DNA from: Epiperipatus broadwayi
Lineage: Eukaryota; Animalia; Onychophora
NCBI GenBank assembly: GCA_028023455.1
Contig: JAQFVV010000003.1
Span: forward strand, 24,118,001 to 24,182,000
DNA length: 64,000 nt
Reading direction: 5' to 3'
Below are positions 1-14,068 of the stretch, in pieces. The translations under genes were made by a program, and so were the position numbers. The notes under the pieces are model-generated. The model saw only the letters and a list, made by a program, of their open reading frames with translations, did not search any database and was not told the origin of the DNA. Positions within the stretch are counted from its first letter, which is position 1, and each line of letters starts with the position of its first letter.

Positions 1-1161
1 ACAAGCTGGGTTTAAAAGTGGTTTTAGTACAGTAGATCATATACAGGTATTGAGAGAAGTTATAGAAAGGACAAATGAATATGAGTTGCCATTATGCTTA
101 GGATTTGTCGATTATGAAAAGGCATTTGATTCTATAAACATTTCTTCAGTGATTAAAGCATTGGATCATCAAGATGTAGATCCAGGATATTGTCATATTT
201 TAAAGAATATTTATAAAAATGCAACAGCAACAATTAGATTACATAATGATAGTAGAAAAATCAACATTGAAAAGAGTGTAAGACAGGGTGACTCCATATC
301 TCCAAAACTTTTTACAGCAGTGCTGCAAGAAGTATTTTGTGGATTAAAATGGGAAGCTAAAGGAGTGAAAGTAAATGGAGATTATTTAAGTCATTTAGAT
401 TTTGCAGATGATGTAGTTGTTTTTGCAAATAATGCTTTAGAGCTACAGGAAATGTTGCAGGAGTTATCAGATGAAAGTAGGACTAAAGATAAATGTTAAA
501 AAGACTAAAGTAATGTATAATAGATTTTCTCAAAATATGAAAATAAAGATTGATTATGATGAGTTAAAAGTTAACAGTTACAAATACCTTGGCCAGATTA
601 TTAATACAGATGGAAACATAATGGATGAAATTAATCATAGAATTAAACTTGGTTGGAGTGCTTTTGGTAGAAATAACTTGATACTAAAAGAAAATATGTC
701 TTTGTGTTTGAAAAGAAACGTTTTTAATAAATGTGTTTTGACTGTTCTTACTTATGGATCTGAGACTTGGGCACTTAATAGAAGAGCAATACAGAGACTT
801 CAGACCACTCAAAGAAGTATGGAGAGATGCATATTGGGAGTAACAAGAAGATATCGAAAATGCAATGTATGGGTAAGAGAACAAACAGGTGTTACTGACC
901 TCATTGAAAAAATTAAAAAACTGAAGTGGAGTTGGACTGGACATAGTACTAGAAGAGATGATAATAGATGGACATTTGAAATTTTAAACTGGATTCCAAG
1001 AGATTGTAAAAGACCCAGAAAGAGACCACATGTGAGATGGATGGATGAAATAAAAAAGTGTGCAGGGATGATGTGGAGAAGAGAAGCTAGAGATAGAAAA
1101 AGATGGATTGAACTTGGAGAGATCTTCATCCTGCAGTGGATGGATAATGGTTGATGATGAT
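1..1161 (+). mobile_element. RTE-clade non-LTR retrotransposon, 3' part (RT domain and C-terminus); runs off the window start
   Basis: ORFs 50-499 and 471-1154 carry RT motifs (FVDYEKAFDS, RQGDSISPKLF, LDFADDVV, YKYLG, LTYGSETW) and the RTE C-terminus (RPRKRPHVRWMDEI). The element ends in a (GAT)n tail at 1152-1161. Confidence 0.95.
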
Positions 1162-2861
1162 AAATAGACCATTTGACTATTTATGTTAACCCAAATGAAA
1201 ATGAAATATTCACGATTTTTTAGGATGATATAAGATTATTTTTTACTACCTGTATTTTAAGATCTGATCTGTCATAAAGAGAAAATAATGTTATTTTAAA
1301 AATTCTAAAAATAATTCAGGTTGGTTTTGATATTGAACTACTATTCTGAAATTATCCATGATAGTTAAGAGACTGGTTGACCATCAGCGGAATAATTAGC
1401 CATTTAAAGAAGATATATTTCTAAAACTATAACAATCATAGCAACAATATTAATGAACAGATGTAAATCCAAGGTAAATTGGAAAGACTGAATTGATACT
1501 GGGTTTTTTTTTCACTGCTTCCTCTACTATGAGATGTTGTTGGAGAGGGCAATCAGCACTCGACTATTTAAAGACTGAAATAACTTATCTATATGAAAGT
1601 AATTCATAACTGCTTTCTTTTATGGCTTAAAATGATGGTTTGCTATTGATAATTAGCTGTTGCTCAATATAATATGACTAAAGTGTGCTGTTTTAGTACG
1701 CGATCTTCCCCATTTCGAATTTCAAAAACAGTCAAAAAGATACATACTTCTTTTGTAAAAAGTTTATAGGTGAAGAAAAGTATTGTAGATTTACTTATGA
1801 GATGGGGAAAAATAATCAATAGATATAAAATATTAACCTAATTATGGTAGCTCAGGTTTGCCAAATTTGTATTAATTGATTATTAGCCATGAAATGTTTG
1901 AATATAATAAATGCATTTGTTGCTTAGAAAGTTATGTTATACATGAATACCAAAGTATTGGAAAGAGCACAATAATTTTAACTCAATTCATAAAAATGAG
2001 ATATGTATTTCCTCTGCTAGGAATCATTTCATAATCTTTAGCTCTTAAATTCACTGAAATATCACAGGTCTAAACTGCTACACAAATAATAAACTATTGT
2101 ATGTGTATAACAATTAAATGAATAAAATAGCACCTTTTATTTTTCATTACCTTCTTACATTTTTTATATGTGCGTGAACTTTCTAAGCATATTTTTACGA
2201 GTGTGCATCTTTAAATAAAAGCAGTATTGAGAGACGATATAGGTCTTAAATATGTTTTACCTCCCTTCATTTTTTGTCAGTTAGTAATAAATATTTTTCT
2301 GTTTTGTGAATCCATTAGTTATCATTTTTATCTGCACTTCATAAAAGTCACTTTAAGAATTGAAATTTTAATTCTGTTTTAAAAATTTAATTGTCTTCTT
2401 TGAATTTGTTGCTGTAGTTCTGATAATATTTTAAATCAATAGAATGAATTCTATTGTAACCTGTAATAATTAATGTACTTCATTCTATTTATAGTTTTTC
2501 ACTGTGATTCATTAATACCTTAATTAGAAGTCTGTTTGAAGTAATTTATCAATGAACAAGGTGTTCTTGCCTTTAAGAAATGTTTTATCTTCCCAATGTC
2601 TTTATTATTTTCATTTCTGGTCTTCTTTTAAAATGTTAATTTAGAACTTAATCGTTAACGAAAACTTTAAGACCGTCCCATAATGATCGTGCTCAAGGCT
2701 ATGTTTTGATTCGCTATTTAATAATTGTTGCTACAAATAAAGAAACTATAATTATTTAAAATATCTCTGCATTTTTAAAATGGTAATTCAATGTTTTTGC
2801 TTTCAATTACTTTGATTAAAAAATAAATGAAACCAATTTTATTTTTAATAATTATCTAAAT

Positions 2862-3125
2862 GAACTCATGGACAAGTTGAGCACTCGTTTCCATGCGGAT
2901 ACTGGATTCGAATTCAGCCCAAGTAATCTTGATTTAAATAGACTTAGAATTTTTTTTTTAGTTATCCTATTAGCTATCTGTTATTGGTCAGTAAATGAGT
3001 ATTTACTTATTAGAAGGCAAGATAGAAAACTCTTATCAACCAGAAATTGCCAAGCCTGGTAAGTGTTGCTTTCTTCTTCATTGTGATGGTATGTTGGAGA
3101 GTCTTTTTCTGCCCCCGCAGTGGAT
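2862..3125 (+). mobile_element. tRNA-derived SINE copy
   Basis: A-box-like TGGACAAGTTGA (2869-2880) and B-box-like GGATTCGAATTC (2904-2915) are followed by a T-run/AGCTATC body. The body resembles 30620-30770 and 60680-60830, and in reverse 25900-26040 and 51300-51460. Confidence 0.5.
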
Positions 3126-3992
3126 TATTTAAAGACTGATTTACCTATATATATATGAATACAGTTTTTAGATTTTTCCATACATATGGTTAATTGTTAG
3201 TATACCGCAATAGTACTGAATGTTTGTTTCATTTAGTTTAACCACTTTTTAATTTTTATATTGAATAAACTAATAAACAGATAAATCCTAGGGAAGTGAT
3301 TTGCAGTCTGTTTTGTATTGTCATTTTCTCTAGCGAAAGCTATTATTATTAATTGAATGGTTCAACCATCATGAGATCAAATGGCATTTGAGCACTTAAA
3401 ATGACAGATTGAACTTTGATCCAAAAAATTTGAGCTCTTGAGTTTATTTAAGCCACCCACATCAGACCGATAATAATGAGATTCAATTAAAACTTTAATG
3501 ATATAATAAAAGCAAGCAACTATACATATAAAAGAATCTCAAAATTGGATTTTTAACTTTCGATTGCTCTTATCAATTACGCATTTTTTTAGAATTTAAT
3601 TTATTTACTTCTTTTGTTTTAAATTAATATTTCATTTAATCAAAAAATAATTATCATTTTAGATTTGATTCTTACCACAATCACAACTGCACAAGCATTC
3701 ACCGTCCATATTTTTATTTCTATTATTATATAATTGCTGGAAAATAGCCACTTCTCCTGCTAAGTACGTAAATAGTAGACTAGTAAATACTAGTGGCAAT
3801 GCAAACAGGTTAATGGATGTTTGAGGATACTCTTGCAGCATTTATCCAACTGGTTCCTTTTTCTATAACTTAATGTTTTGAACTCAAGCTGTCAATTTGA
3901 TTAGCTATGGAAATAAGTTCCAGATTAGCAACTATGACTATTGATATCTTTTGAATTTTGAAAAGCGGTGTGTATACTTCAATTATATATAT

Positions 3993-6900
3993 ATCATCAT
4001 CAACTATTATCAATCCACTGCAGGATGAAGGTCTCTCCAAGTTCAATCCATTTTCTCGATTTTTAACTTCTCTTCTCCGTATCACCCCTGCACACTTTCT
4101 TATTTCATCCATCCATCTCACATGTGGTCTCTTTTTGGGTCTTTCACAGCCTCTTGGAATCTAGTTTAAGATTTCAATTGTCCATTTATTATCATCTCTT
4201 CTAGCAATATGTCCAGCCCAACTCCACTTCAGACTTTTAATTTTTTCAATGAGATCAGTAACACTTGTGTGTTCTCTTACCCATATATTGCACTTTCAAT
4301 ATCTTCTTGTTACTCACAACATGTATCAGTCCATACTTCTTTGTGTAGTCTGAAGTCTCTGTATTGCACTTCTATTAAGTGTCCAAGTCTCAGATCCATA
4401 AGTAAGAACTGGTAAAACACATTTATTAAAAACCTTCCTTTTCAAACACATAGGCATAATTTCCTTTTAGCATCAAGTTATTTCTACCAAAACCACTCCA
4501 ACCAAGTTTAATTCTATGATTAATTTCATCCATTATGTTTCCATCTATAATAATAATCTGACCAAGATATTTGTAGTTCTTAACTTCTTCTAACTCATCA
4601 TAATCAATCTTTATTTTCATATTTTGAGAAAATCCATTAAACATTATTTTAGTCTTTTTAAAACAGGCAAAACTCTCCATACAGTAGTGCTACTCAGTGC
4701 AAGCTAGAGTAATCAATGGATGCCAGAAGATGTGTGCATAAAATTCCTATCTAGTGCCTACTCATCCAATATCCCCAGGCTAATTTCTAGCTTGTGGTTT
4801 TTGTCAGTGAGGAGCTTTGGATTTGAGAGCACTGCACTTAGATCATAGTTAGAAACTAATCTGGAGATATTGGATGAGTAGACACTAGATAGGGATTTTA
4901 TGCACAAGCTTTCTGGCATCCATTTATTACTCTGGCTTATATTGAGTGGCACTACTATATGGAGAGTTTTGCCTGTTTTAGCAACAGTTATGAGCAGGCA
5001 TAAGAAATGGTGATCGTGTGATGTTTAATAGTTTAGTCTTTTTAACATTTATCTTTAGTCCTACTTTCATCTGATAACTCCTGCAACATTTCCTGTAGCT
5101 CTAAAGCATTATTTGCAAAAACAACTACATCATCTGCAAAATCTAAATAACATAAATAATCTCCATTTACTTTCACTCCTTTAGCTTTCCATTTTAACCC
5201 ACAAAATACTTCTTGCAGCACTGCTGTAAAAAGTTTTGAAGATATTGAGCCACCCTGTCTTACACCCTTCTCAATGTTGACTTTCCTAGTATTATTATGT
5301 AATCTAATTGTTGCTGTTGCATTTTTATAAATATTCTTTAAAATATAACAATATCCTTGATCTATACCTTGATGAACTAATGCTTTAATCACTGAAGAAA
5401 TGTTTATAGAATCAAATGCCTTTTTATAATCTATAAATCCAAAGCAGAATGGCAACTCATATTCATTTGTCCTTTCTACAACTTCTCTCAATACCTGGAT
5501 ATGATCTACTGAACTAAAACTTTTAAATCCAGTTTGTTCTCTTGGTTGGTGGATATCCAATGTTATGTGTAGATGAGTTGTAATTATCTTTGTAAAAATT
5601 TTGTATAAAACTGATAAAAGGCTGATAAGTCTGTAATTTCTAATATTTTCTTTATCACCTTTTTTAAATATTAATAATAATACTGCATTCTTCCAATCAT
5701 CTGGTACATCTTTATCATTTAGACATTTGGTATATAACTTTGCTAAAAAAAAAATTCTAATTCTTCACCTGCTTCTTTTAATATATCAATTATAGGGTCC
5801 ATCATTACCTGGAGTCTTTCCTTTCTTCATAAATTTAATTGCATGTCTCACTTCTTCATTTAAAATTCTGGGCAATTCAGAAGATATAATAGATATAAGA
5901 GGTACTTGTTCTTTATTACTATATAATTCTTGATAGAAGTCTTCTACCCGTTTCATGATGTCATCTCTTTTTTTAGTAATAATTCCACCTTTTTTTCTTA
6001 TTGCAGATACAAATTTCCTACCAATACCAGAATGTTGTTTTATGCTCTTGAGACTTTTATTCTCCTCTACAGCTTTCCTTGCTAGATCATAGTTATACTT
6101 TCTTTTATCATTTTCAACTCTTTTCACACCATTTTACAAAATTTGAGATATTCAATCCTTTTTAATGCACCATTTTTGTATATCTTCATATTCCTTCTTT
6201 TCTACATAAATTCTCTAGTCTTAATAGAAATTTTATTGGTCAATTGCTGCTTTTTTCTACTAGCTATCTTTGTTACAGTTTTTAAAAGTGTATCCGTTAT
6301 TTTCATATTAATTTCATTTAAATCTGATTCATGTTCAAAATCTACTAATACTTGAAACTGATTTGTAAGTTCTAATTTAAATTCATTAGAATGTTTTTGA
6401 TGATTAGGATTATCAACTGTAAATATTGTTTTTCTTAATAATTTTTATCTCTCTAGTTTTGCATTAACACATATCTTATATCTTACTAATCAATGTCACT
6501 TCCTGTGTTAAATTTATTAAGAACATTACAATCTTGAAATATGTATTTTCTGTTAATCAAAATATAATCCAATTCTGCTGTACCTTCATTTGGATGCTTC
6601 CATGTCAATTTCCTTTTAACATTTTTCTTAAAAAAAGGATTCATATTATTTTTTTCATGTGTGCAAACTCCACAAGTATGTCCTTTCTCATTTCTATAAC
6701 CATAACCAAAATTACCTATAGCACTTTCATCTTTCATTTATTTACCAATTCTAGCATTAAAGTCTCCCATAACAATTTTAGAATGTTGTTTACTCTGATC
6801 AAAAGTCTTTCATACATCCATATAAAAATCTTCTACTACTTCATCACTATGAGAACTTGTCGCTAAACCTGAATTATCTGCATTTGGTATCTGCTATTAA

Positions 6901-7320
6901 GTTGTATAACTAATCTTGACACTCTGTCCGATACACCATCAATCTCCACAATGTTGTTCTTCCACTTTTTATTTATAATGAATCCTACTCCACTTGTATT
7001 TCCAATATTAGTGTCTTTATAGTAGAGTAAATGTCCAGTTTTTAAATCATTTGTCTCTTCACCTTTTCTTCTAACTTCACAAAATCCAATAATGTCCCAT
7101 TTAATATAAGACAGTTCTTCTAATTTTTGCAATCTTCCTTCACTTGAAAGTGATCTGCAGTTGTAACTACCTAAATAAAAATTTCATCAAATGAAAGCCT
7201 GGGTCCACAATCAGGGGATTCTTAGCACCCTCTGCCTTGGGCCACCAACCACTGCTTTGGTTGGTAACTTTACAGCCTCCTGGGAATAAGGGCTATGATT
7301 TATTTTTCTCTGTCATGATT
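3993..7320 (-). mobile_element. Near-full-length degenerate RTE-clade LINE (APE endonuclease plus RT), interrupted by a 370-bp insertion
   Basis: The minus strand reads APE motifs GSYNCRSL and WDIIGFCEVRR (about 7070-7180) and ELDYILIN, RT ORF 5042-5560, and the C-terminus at 3870-4680. A (GAT)n tail is at 3993-4002. There are many stops and frameshifts. The 5' UTR may extend to about 7650. Confidence 0.93.
4662..5031 (+). mobile_element. Family A non-coding hammerhead-bearing fold-back retro-insertion (Penelope pLTR/retrozyme-like)
   Basis: It is inserted in the RTE with a 14-bp TSD TTTAGTCTTTTTAA (4648-4661 and 5032-5045). Inverted arms are about 4660-4790 and 4849-4980, with an unpaired tail of about 50 nt. 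A degenerate hammerhead lies on the minus strand at about 4773-4812 (CTGACAA...GAAATTAGCC). Confidence 0.8.
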
Positions 7321-7969
7321 GTATATCTCTATTGAAAAAACATTTATCATTTACACTTACATTCATTCTGCCTTATCAGGCAACTGAGAGGAAAGACCGT
7401 GATGTTTCTTTGATCTTAAACTCAGAGGTAAAAAGCTAATAAACTCACTATGCTGGATAATTCATGTTCATGAGCAGCCCATCCATGTTTGTATATTATA
7501 TGAATAATCACATAGTAATAACAACTGCAATGACAATAACATATGAAGTGAACATTAGAAATTTGCCCTGCTCGGTTTCTTCAAGGTCTCCAAGAGGAAT
7601 CAAAGGGTCTCCTTTCAGTTAGTAGCAAACTCTTTTCTGCAGCCAATTATATATATATCACATGCTATATTGTTATTTTAGTCAGTACTAATTTATGCTA
7701 GTACCACACAAACATTGAATAAACTGATTATAATAAAATCTGATAATCCACTATCTGAAATATCTGAATGACTGTTCTTAGTTCTCTTAAATAAAAACGT
7801 TACTTTATCTTCTATTAATGCATTGATTGTTACTCCTATTGTTTGTGCATTTCTTTTTATGTGAAAAAAAAGTGTCATCTTATCAAGTGTTTGTTAACTT
7901 TTTTCTCCCCAAAACCTCTGTTTTGCATATACTGTATTTGTATTTTTATTTATTTATTTTCTTGTAAGA

Positions 7970-8660
7970 TAAACAACAATGCAGCTAATCAAGATAAACA
8001 ACAATGCAGCTAAACTTGATAAACAAAGGCCCATATTTTCCAAATGTGCATAAAAAACTTGGTACTATTTTCAATAAAAAATACCACTTGTGCTTTCACC
8101 CTCACTCCAACAAGTTAATCAATAGCACCAAGAACAGATTACCACCCTCGCAGACTCCTCAAGTGGTGTACAATATTGCCTGCCCTGTGGCAAATTGTCA
8201 GGCCTCATACATCGGTGAAACCAGAGCCTCTCTATTTACATGGCTGTCTCAACATATATATTCGTACTACAAAGCACTAACAGACCCAACTTGTAACTCA
8301 GTTTTCGCCCAGCATCGCATCTCAGCAGGGCACGATTGCAAACCGATTGCCCCTGTGGTTGTTTGCAGGGAATGCAACGACTTAAAAAAAGAAAAGTCAA
8401 AGATGCTTACTTTATTGCTAGGCACAATCACACCATCAACATAAAAAACACGTGCTACAATATATCCAAGAAATGGAATACATAAACTCATTTGCATAAA
8501 TTTGCATTACTAATTTTGTTAGTTACAACATGGCTATGAATATGAGTGCTGTGTCTCTTGAAAAGGCTCAGCCACACTTGCATTATTGTTTTAATATATA
8601 AAGAATTTTAAAAAAATCAGCTTTGTGTGTTTATGCATCTTTAGCGCAAATCATACTTAT
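7970..8660 (+). mobile_element. Penelope-like element 3' remnant encoding a GIY-YIG endonuclease
   Basis: ORF 8004-8444 contains VVYNIACPVANCQASYIGET...QH...H...GH. After a frameshift it continues RKVKDAYFI...INIKNTCYNISKKWNT* (stop 8483-8485). It is homologous to the remnant at 21029-21700. Confidence 0.88.
8531..8574 (+). ncRNA. Variant-core minimal type I hammerhead ribozyme motif (A3-U8), copy 1
   Basis: The sequence parses as TGGCT | ATGAATA | T | GAGTG ctgtgt CTCTT | GAA | AAGGCT | C | AGCCA. Stem I is 5 bp. Length and register match the 20900-20941 copy, with compensatory changes. Confidence 0.6.
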
Positions 8661-9312
8661 ATATTTAATATAATTGGTCTATTAAGCATAGTGTAAAGGT
8701 TTATTTTACTTTTTTTTTTTTTGAGAATCTATTTTATGGTCGTATGTCAAATAGTGTGTGTGTATATATATACATAATGGTGATCTACCATCGTCTTTAT
8801 TAATTGTTCAACCTGTTCTTTTCCTATTTTTTCTAATATCTATAATAAACTATATTTCACAATTAATTGTGTAACTCTTATTTTTTAAAATCATCTTTTA
8901 CTTTAGAATTAAATATGAGTGTTTTTAATTTTTTGTTTGATCAATTAATATTAACATTTTTATGATTTATTTTTAATTAATGTTTTATAAATTATGGGAC
9001 TGCATTTTTATTATCATTAGAGTTTGGAATAATCGTTTTGGAAGTGCAAAAATAAGGAAAGCTTTTTTCGCTTCCTAAGCGATTATTACGAATTTAAAAA
9101 GGGCAAAAAATAATGGCATTGTGTTATATTATAGTTGTTTTTATTTAAAGAAGTATATATATAGGTAATGATTATTCACTTTTCCACAAAGTATTAAAAA
9201 TGGATAGAAACTAACCTCTACTTTTCATGAGAGTATTTATTTAGTGAAAGCTATTAAAAGCGAAATACGCCTATATGTTTGAAAACGAAGGTTTTAATAA
9301 ATGTGATTTACT

Positions 9313-9731
9313 AGTTCTTACTTAATGTATCTGAGACTTGGACACTTAATAAAAAACCAAGACAGAAACTTCAGACCACTCAAAGAAATATGGAGAGATG
9401 CATATTGGGAGTAACAAAAAGATATCGAAAACGCAATGTATGGGTAAGAGAACAAACAGGTGTTACTGACCTCATTGAAAAAATTAAAAACTGAAGTGGA
9501 GTTGGGCTGGACATATTGCTAGAAGAGATGATAATAGATGGACAATTGAAATCTTAAACCGGATTCCAAAAGATTGTAAAAGACCCAGAAACAGACCACA
9601 TGTGAGATGGATGGATAAAATAAAAAAGTGTGCAGGGTTGATGTGGAGAAGAGAAGCTAAAGATCGGAGAAGATGGATTGAACTTGGAGAGACCTTCATC
9701 CTGCAGTGGATTGATAATGATTGATGATGAT
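9313..9731 (+). mobile_element. 5'-truncated RTE LINE fragment
   Basis: It closely matches 760-1161 by eye (ETWTLN...RWMD) and ends in a (GAT)n tail at 9722-9731. Confidence 0.92.
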
Positions 9732-9903
9732 TAAGATATCAGCATGGGTTTGAGATTAAGGGAATTTGATACATTTTGCTTACTTGGAAAGTCAAGATTG
9801 TTCACAAAATGCATGCATAGTGGGGTAAGGCTTGCACTGATGAAAACCAAAATATGATTATTACATTTATTAAGAATGTTAATTTAAGCTAGTATTGTTT
9901 GCA

Positions 9904-10008
9904 TTTTTTTTTCATATGCCAAAGCATCGGCCGGGAAGCGAACCCACGACAGCCGTCTGTGAGCAACTGCTTGCAAGGCGACTGCGCTAACCTCTCTGCT
10001 ACCGACGC
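9904..10008 (-). pseudogene. tRNA-Gly(TCC)-derived short SINE/pseudo-tRNA with TGC anticodon and an extra variable-arm hairpin
   Basis: The minus strand 10008-9924 has acceptor stem GCGTCGG/CCGATGC, anticodon loop CT-TGC-AA, hairpin ACAG-ACGG-CTGT and T-loop TTCGCTT. It is followed by TTTGGCATATG(A)n, a 3' tail also seen on the 57483 copy. Confidence 0.7.
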
Positions 10009-10919
10009 TTGATTTGTTTACATTATTTTATTGTTGTTGTTAAAGCATATTTTAATAGTATTGGAATTATATCTACATTATGTATATTTCATTGTTTTTT
10101 GTTTTTTTTTAGTAATTGCAACATGTTTTTTGTCAGTATATTTATCATTTTTTATATTTAAAATTTTAATAGCTGTAATTTTTTGTGTCATTGCTTGTTA
10201 GGATGAGTTTCTCTAACGAGTGGGAAAAAACAATTGCTAACAAATTATCGCAAGTTCATCACTGATAGCCACTAGACTACTCCAATGCCAACAAAAAAAG
10301 GCCAAAATTCAAAGACAGGGGAAAAAACAAACAAACCACAGCCTTTGTCTAGAAGTATGATTGTAATGTGAAACCAGAACTATCACAAGCCAACAAAGTA
10401 ATAAAATCTTTGAAACTGTTCTTATCCACAAATGAGAACTCAAATGATAACCTTTAATCATTGTAAATAACTTTCATTGTAAACAACTAATTATGAATAA
10501 AGTTTGTTTGAAATGAAGTATAGATATAAAAGATTGGAGCCATTTTAAATATAAAAATAATAAATATAATATTGATAAAGACATATATAATTACAGAAAG
10601 AATAATATATTGAAGTATAAAAAGTATAGATATAACTTTGAGAAAAAAAAAATCTGTAGTAAATAATGTAATAGTAATATTATTAAAGATAATTAATGGA
10701 GTTATATAAATTATCCTGTGCAGTTTAATACAGTGGACAAATATCCACTCTCTTGAATGTTCAAACATCATATGATGACTATCCTAACAAAAAGAAACCA
10801 TAGTTATTTGTTTATACAAAGATAAAATAGTATTATTTTATCTTAGATAAAAATACAAAGATAAAATATTCTTAATAAACACGCGACTGCTAGATAGTCA
10901 TTTTACAACAAGTGTTGCA

Positions 10920-11065
10920 TAATTCGTTGAGTTGGCTATGGGCTACCTACTTGAGAGAAAAATCCTAAGATTTTTGAAAAGACTTTCGCTCAGTCTAGAT
11001 TTGAATCCAAGATTATAGGTATGATAAGTGAGTGCACTATCCCAACATCACGAGATTCTTTACTT
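10920..11065 (-). mobile_element. Degenerate tRNA-headed SINE
   Basis: The minus strand reads GTGATGTTGGGATAGTGCACTC...GGATTCAAATC (A- and B-box-like), followed by an AT-rich body. Confidence 0.35.
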
Positions 11066-12680
11066 CTAAGGATCATTAACACACGCGCACACATATATAT
11101 AAGTAATTGTTTTAAAATTTTCATTCAACTATTGTTCTGAGTAAATAGCTATCTTAACATACCTCGTTTGTTTAGTTTAATAATATATAAAAGATTTGAT
11201 TTGCTAAAAAAAAAAAAAAAATAGTTGAAGGTTGACGTAAACTCGAGGATGGAGTGAATTCATTTTCTATTTGTGTGTGGTTTAAGACATCCCTTCTCTT
11301 CCTGGTAGTTATCATTAAATTATTTATTTAAAAAATAACTTTCCGAAAAATATGTGGTACATTGTTTTATTGTTGTCCCCTTCGTCACCTTTGTGCGCCC
11401 TACGATTCATTTGAAAATTTTGTTAAGTAGTTCTGATTAATTAATTTTCTGGTTTAAGAAAGACTTTTCTTTTTGAAGTTGAAATACTTTTGAAGTATTT
11501 GATTGAAAATTTTTAAATCTAAGGCGTGCCGTTAAAAATACTAATAAAATGTTGTAGTGCTTTCAAAAACAATAAAATTTAGTATTGCTCATGTCAGAGA
11601 AATGAGTGACAGCAGGGAAATTCATATTAATTTTAAAATTGGCAAAGAAAAGGAAAATTGTAAATGTAAGTTTTAATAATAGTATCATTATCCGCCTAAT
11701 GAATACAAAATGAAATGAATCTTGTAACCAGAAAATCAATTATTGTTTATTGATTATAATTATGTTTACTTTTGATTACAATGAAGTGTGTATAGAACTA
11801 TATATATACAATTTTTATCAGTTAAACAATATACAATATACATATAAATTGCAAGTATCTATAATTATCTATTTATTACGAATAGGAAATATCTAAGCTG
11901 TCCTCTGTTACTAATTTTTATTATGAGAAGATAACTCATAAATCTATAGATATTAACGGATTGTCAAAATTTTGTGGGGAGTCCATTCATTTTGTCACAG
12001 TGATGAGTAATGATTTGAAAAGTGAAGACCATGGATCACAGTTCAGTTTGTTACTTCTAATGCTCCAAACTTTTGAATGCCAAACTATTTGATTATTTAG
12101 TATCTGAATACATTGGTGTACAATAGTTTAAACTCATATAAATGTGTTAAAATTTTCAGCATTGATTTTGTATCACTATGCTATATTTAGAATGTAAATA
12201 AAAGATGTATTTAAAATATAATAAATAATTGTACTAAAGTTAAATGTTAAACTATTATGAAGTAAAAATTAAAAAGTTATAAATATTGAAGTTAAAATAT
12301 GTTGTTAAGAAAATATTTAACTAAAAAAATATACCACGATGCAGATTAACTAAAATGATAATAAACATTGAGAGTAATTATTGTTCTAGAACATTCTATG
12401 ACTGTATTTTTCTACCTGAGATTGAACTGAAAAGGAGATAAAAGTTCATCTATAAGAAAAATTGAGGTCTTAATTTATATACTTGTATTGACAGAGTTAT
12501 CACATTTATCTGAAGGAACCGCAAGGTCAAATGTTTAAAGGACTATGGATGGCCCAGTGAACTTCACCACTGAAGGTTCATAAGTGGATCTTAGGACTTT
12601 TGCAGGCCACATCATCTTTTATTATATTTTGTATACCTCTATAGCTGAGTATCATAAGTATTATTATAACACTAATCTAT

Positions 12681-12864
12681 TTTAATGTATGAATTTTTTC
12701 TACAGTATAGACTTTTTCATACCTGCATTCCAATATGTAATATATAGGGGGTGACAAGTGCTGGTTTAGCATGAAATGCATATATTGGTGATTATTTATC
12801 TTTTCGACATTTCTGTGATCAAGTGTATCAGCAGTATGAGATAGTGTGAAAGTCTGAATTCAAG
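12681..12864 (+). mobile_element. Family B hammerhead-bearing short insertion inside the Gypsy 5' LTR
   Basis: It is absent from the sister LTR and flanked by an 11-bp TSD CACTAATCTAT (12670-12680 and 12865-12875). It carries a decayed motif GTGACAA-GTGCTGGTTTAGCAT-GAA-ATGCATAT-A-TTGG at 12751-12788. Confidence 0.75.
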
Positions 12865-14068
12865 CACTAATCTATGTAGCATTAAATATATATTAAATGT
12901 TAATTTAACTTTTATAATTGTTATTTTGTTGGTTATAAATGTCAAATTTAGTTATAAAGTTGTCTTGTGTTATAATTATTTCTGCTTGCCTGACCACTTT
13001 GACCATAACTGCAGTATTTGTATGGCTGTATGCATCAGAAAACTGATACAGTTGACAGGATAGAATTTGAATTGTAATTTAGTCTAGCAAGTAGTCAGCA
13101 ATAGAATTTCAAGTGGTTTCTAGAATTTAATAGTCATAATAGGATTAAATCTTGTAATTTAAAACTGGCTGGAGAAATCAGCCTATTGGAAAGTAATTTG
13201 AGAATCTTGTAAAAAAAAACAAAAAAACATTTATTTAGTAATTATTAATTTGAATTACTGTTAAGATGACGTCTGTGCTGCAAATAACTATAAATAAATT
13301 CAATGTGAAAAGTTCTTTTGATTGACAATTTATCTAAAGAGGATAGAGATACTTTTTTTATATTAATGGAACTGTGAATGATCCCATTAAAGTTGCTATA
13401 TTGTTACATTATTCTGGGCAACACATAATTGAAATGGTAATCATCTATGTGATCATGAAGAACCAGAGAAATTGCCATACAGAGTAATAATTTGAAAATT
13501 GAATAATTATTTCAGTTCCCAGTCCTCAAATGATGTAGCATGCCTATATTTTAGAAATAGGTGGTAAAATAAAGGGGAAAGTATACATGATTATGATCTA
13601 GCATTAAAAGAAGTTTAGTTATATTTATGGCAATGCTTTAGAGGACCCTCTGCTCAAACAATTACTTTGGTGGATGTCTGATGATAGGCTCAGACAGCAG
13701 TTGCTGTTCTCAAAAGACTTGACATATGATGAAGCAATTAAAATGGGAGTAGCCCATGAAATAGTGCTTGATCAATTAAAGCAGTTCCAAAATTTTACTA
13801 ATAATAATGAAAATAATGCATGTATAAGAAAAACTGGAAATAAATATCAGCCTGCTAAGAGTAAGATGAAAGAAATAGTGTGCTATTGTTGTGTGAAGTA
13901 GGTCCACATAGCACAAAATGTAAATTTAATAAAGAACATTGCAGAGACTGTGGGAAAATAGGTCACTTAGAAAAAGCTTGTAGAGTAAGGGGGGAAAGAA
14001 CATAGCAGAAATTGTCAACATTTTCAAAGGGAAATATGCAAAAGTGTGAAATTTATAATACTTGGATT

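Noticed and set aside
684-1172. Antisense ORFs over RTE copies (also 3958-4415, 6143-6866, 9484-9699, 48145-48584)
   Set aside because: These are shadow frames of the LINE coding strand, repeated with the element, with no independent protein signal.
7540-7650. Possible HDV-like ribozyme at the RTE 5' end (TTCCTCTT loop-like motif on the minus strand)
   Set aside because: RTE elements can carry HDV-like ribozymes, but I could not build P1, P3 and P2 pairings here.
10487-10771. Hydrophobic I/F/Y-rich short ORFs throughout the AT-rich intervals (for example 22149, 24941, 33409, 34157, 61791)
   Set aside because: They are expected by chance at this AT content and show no motifs or splice structure.
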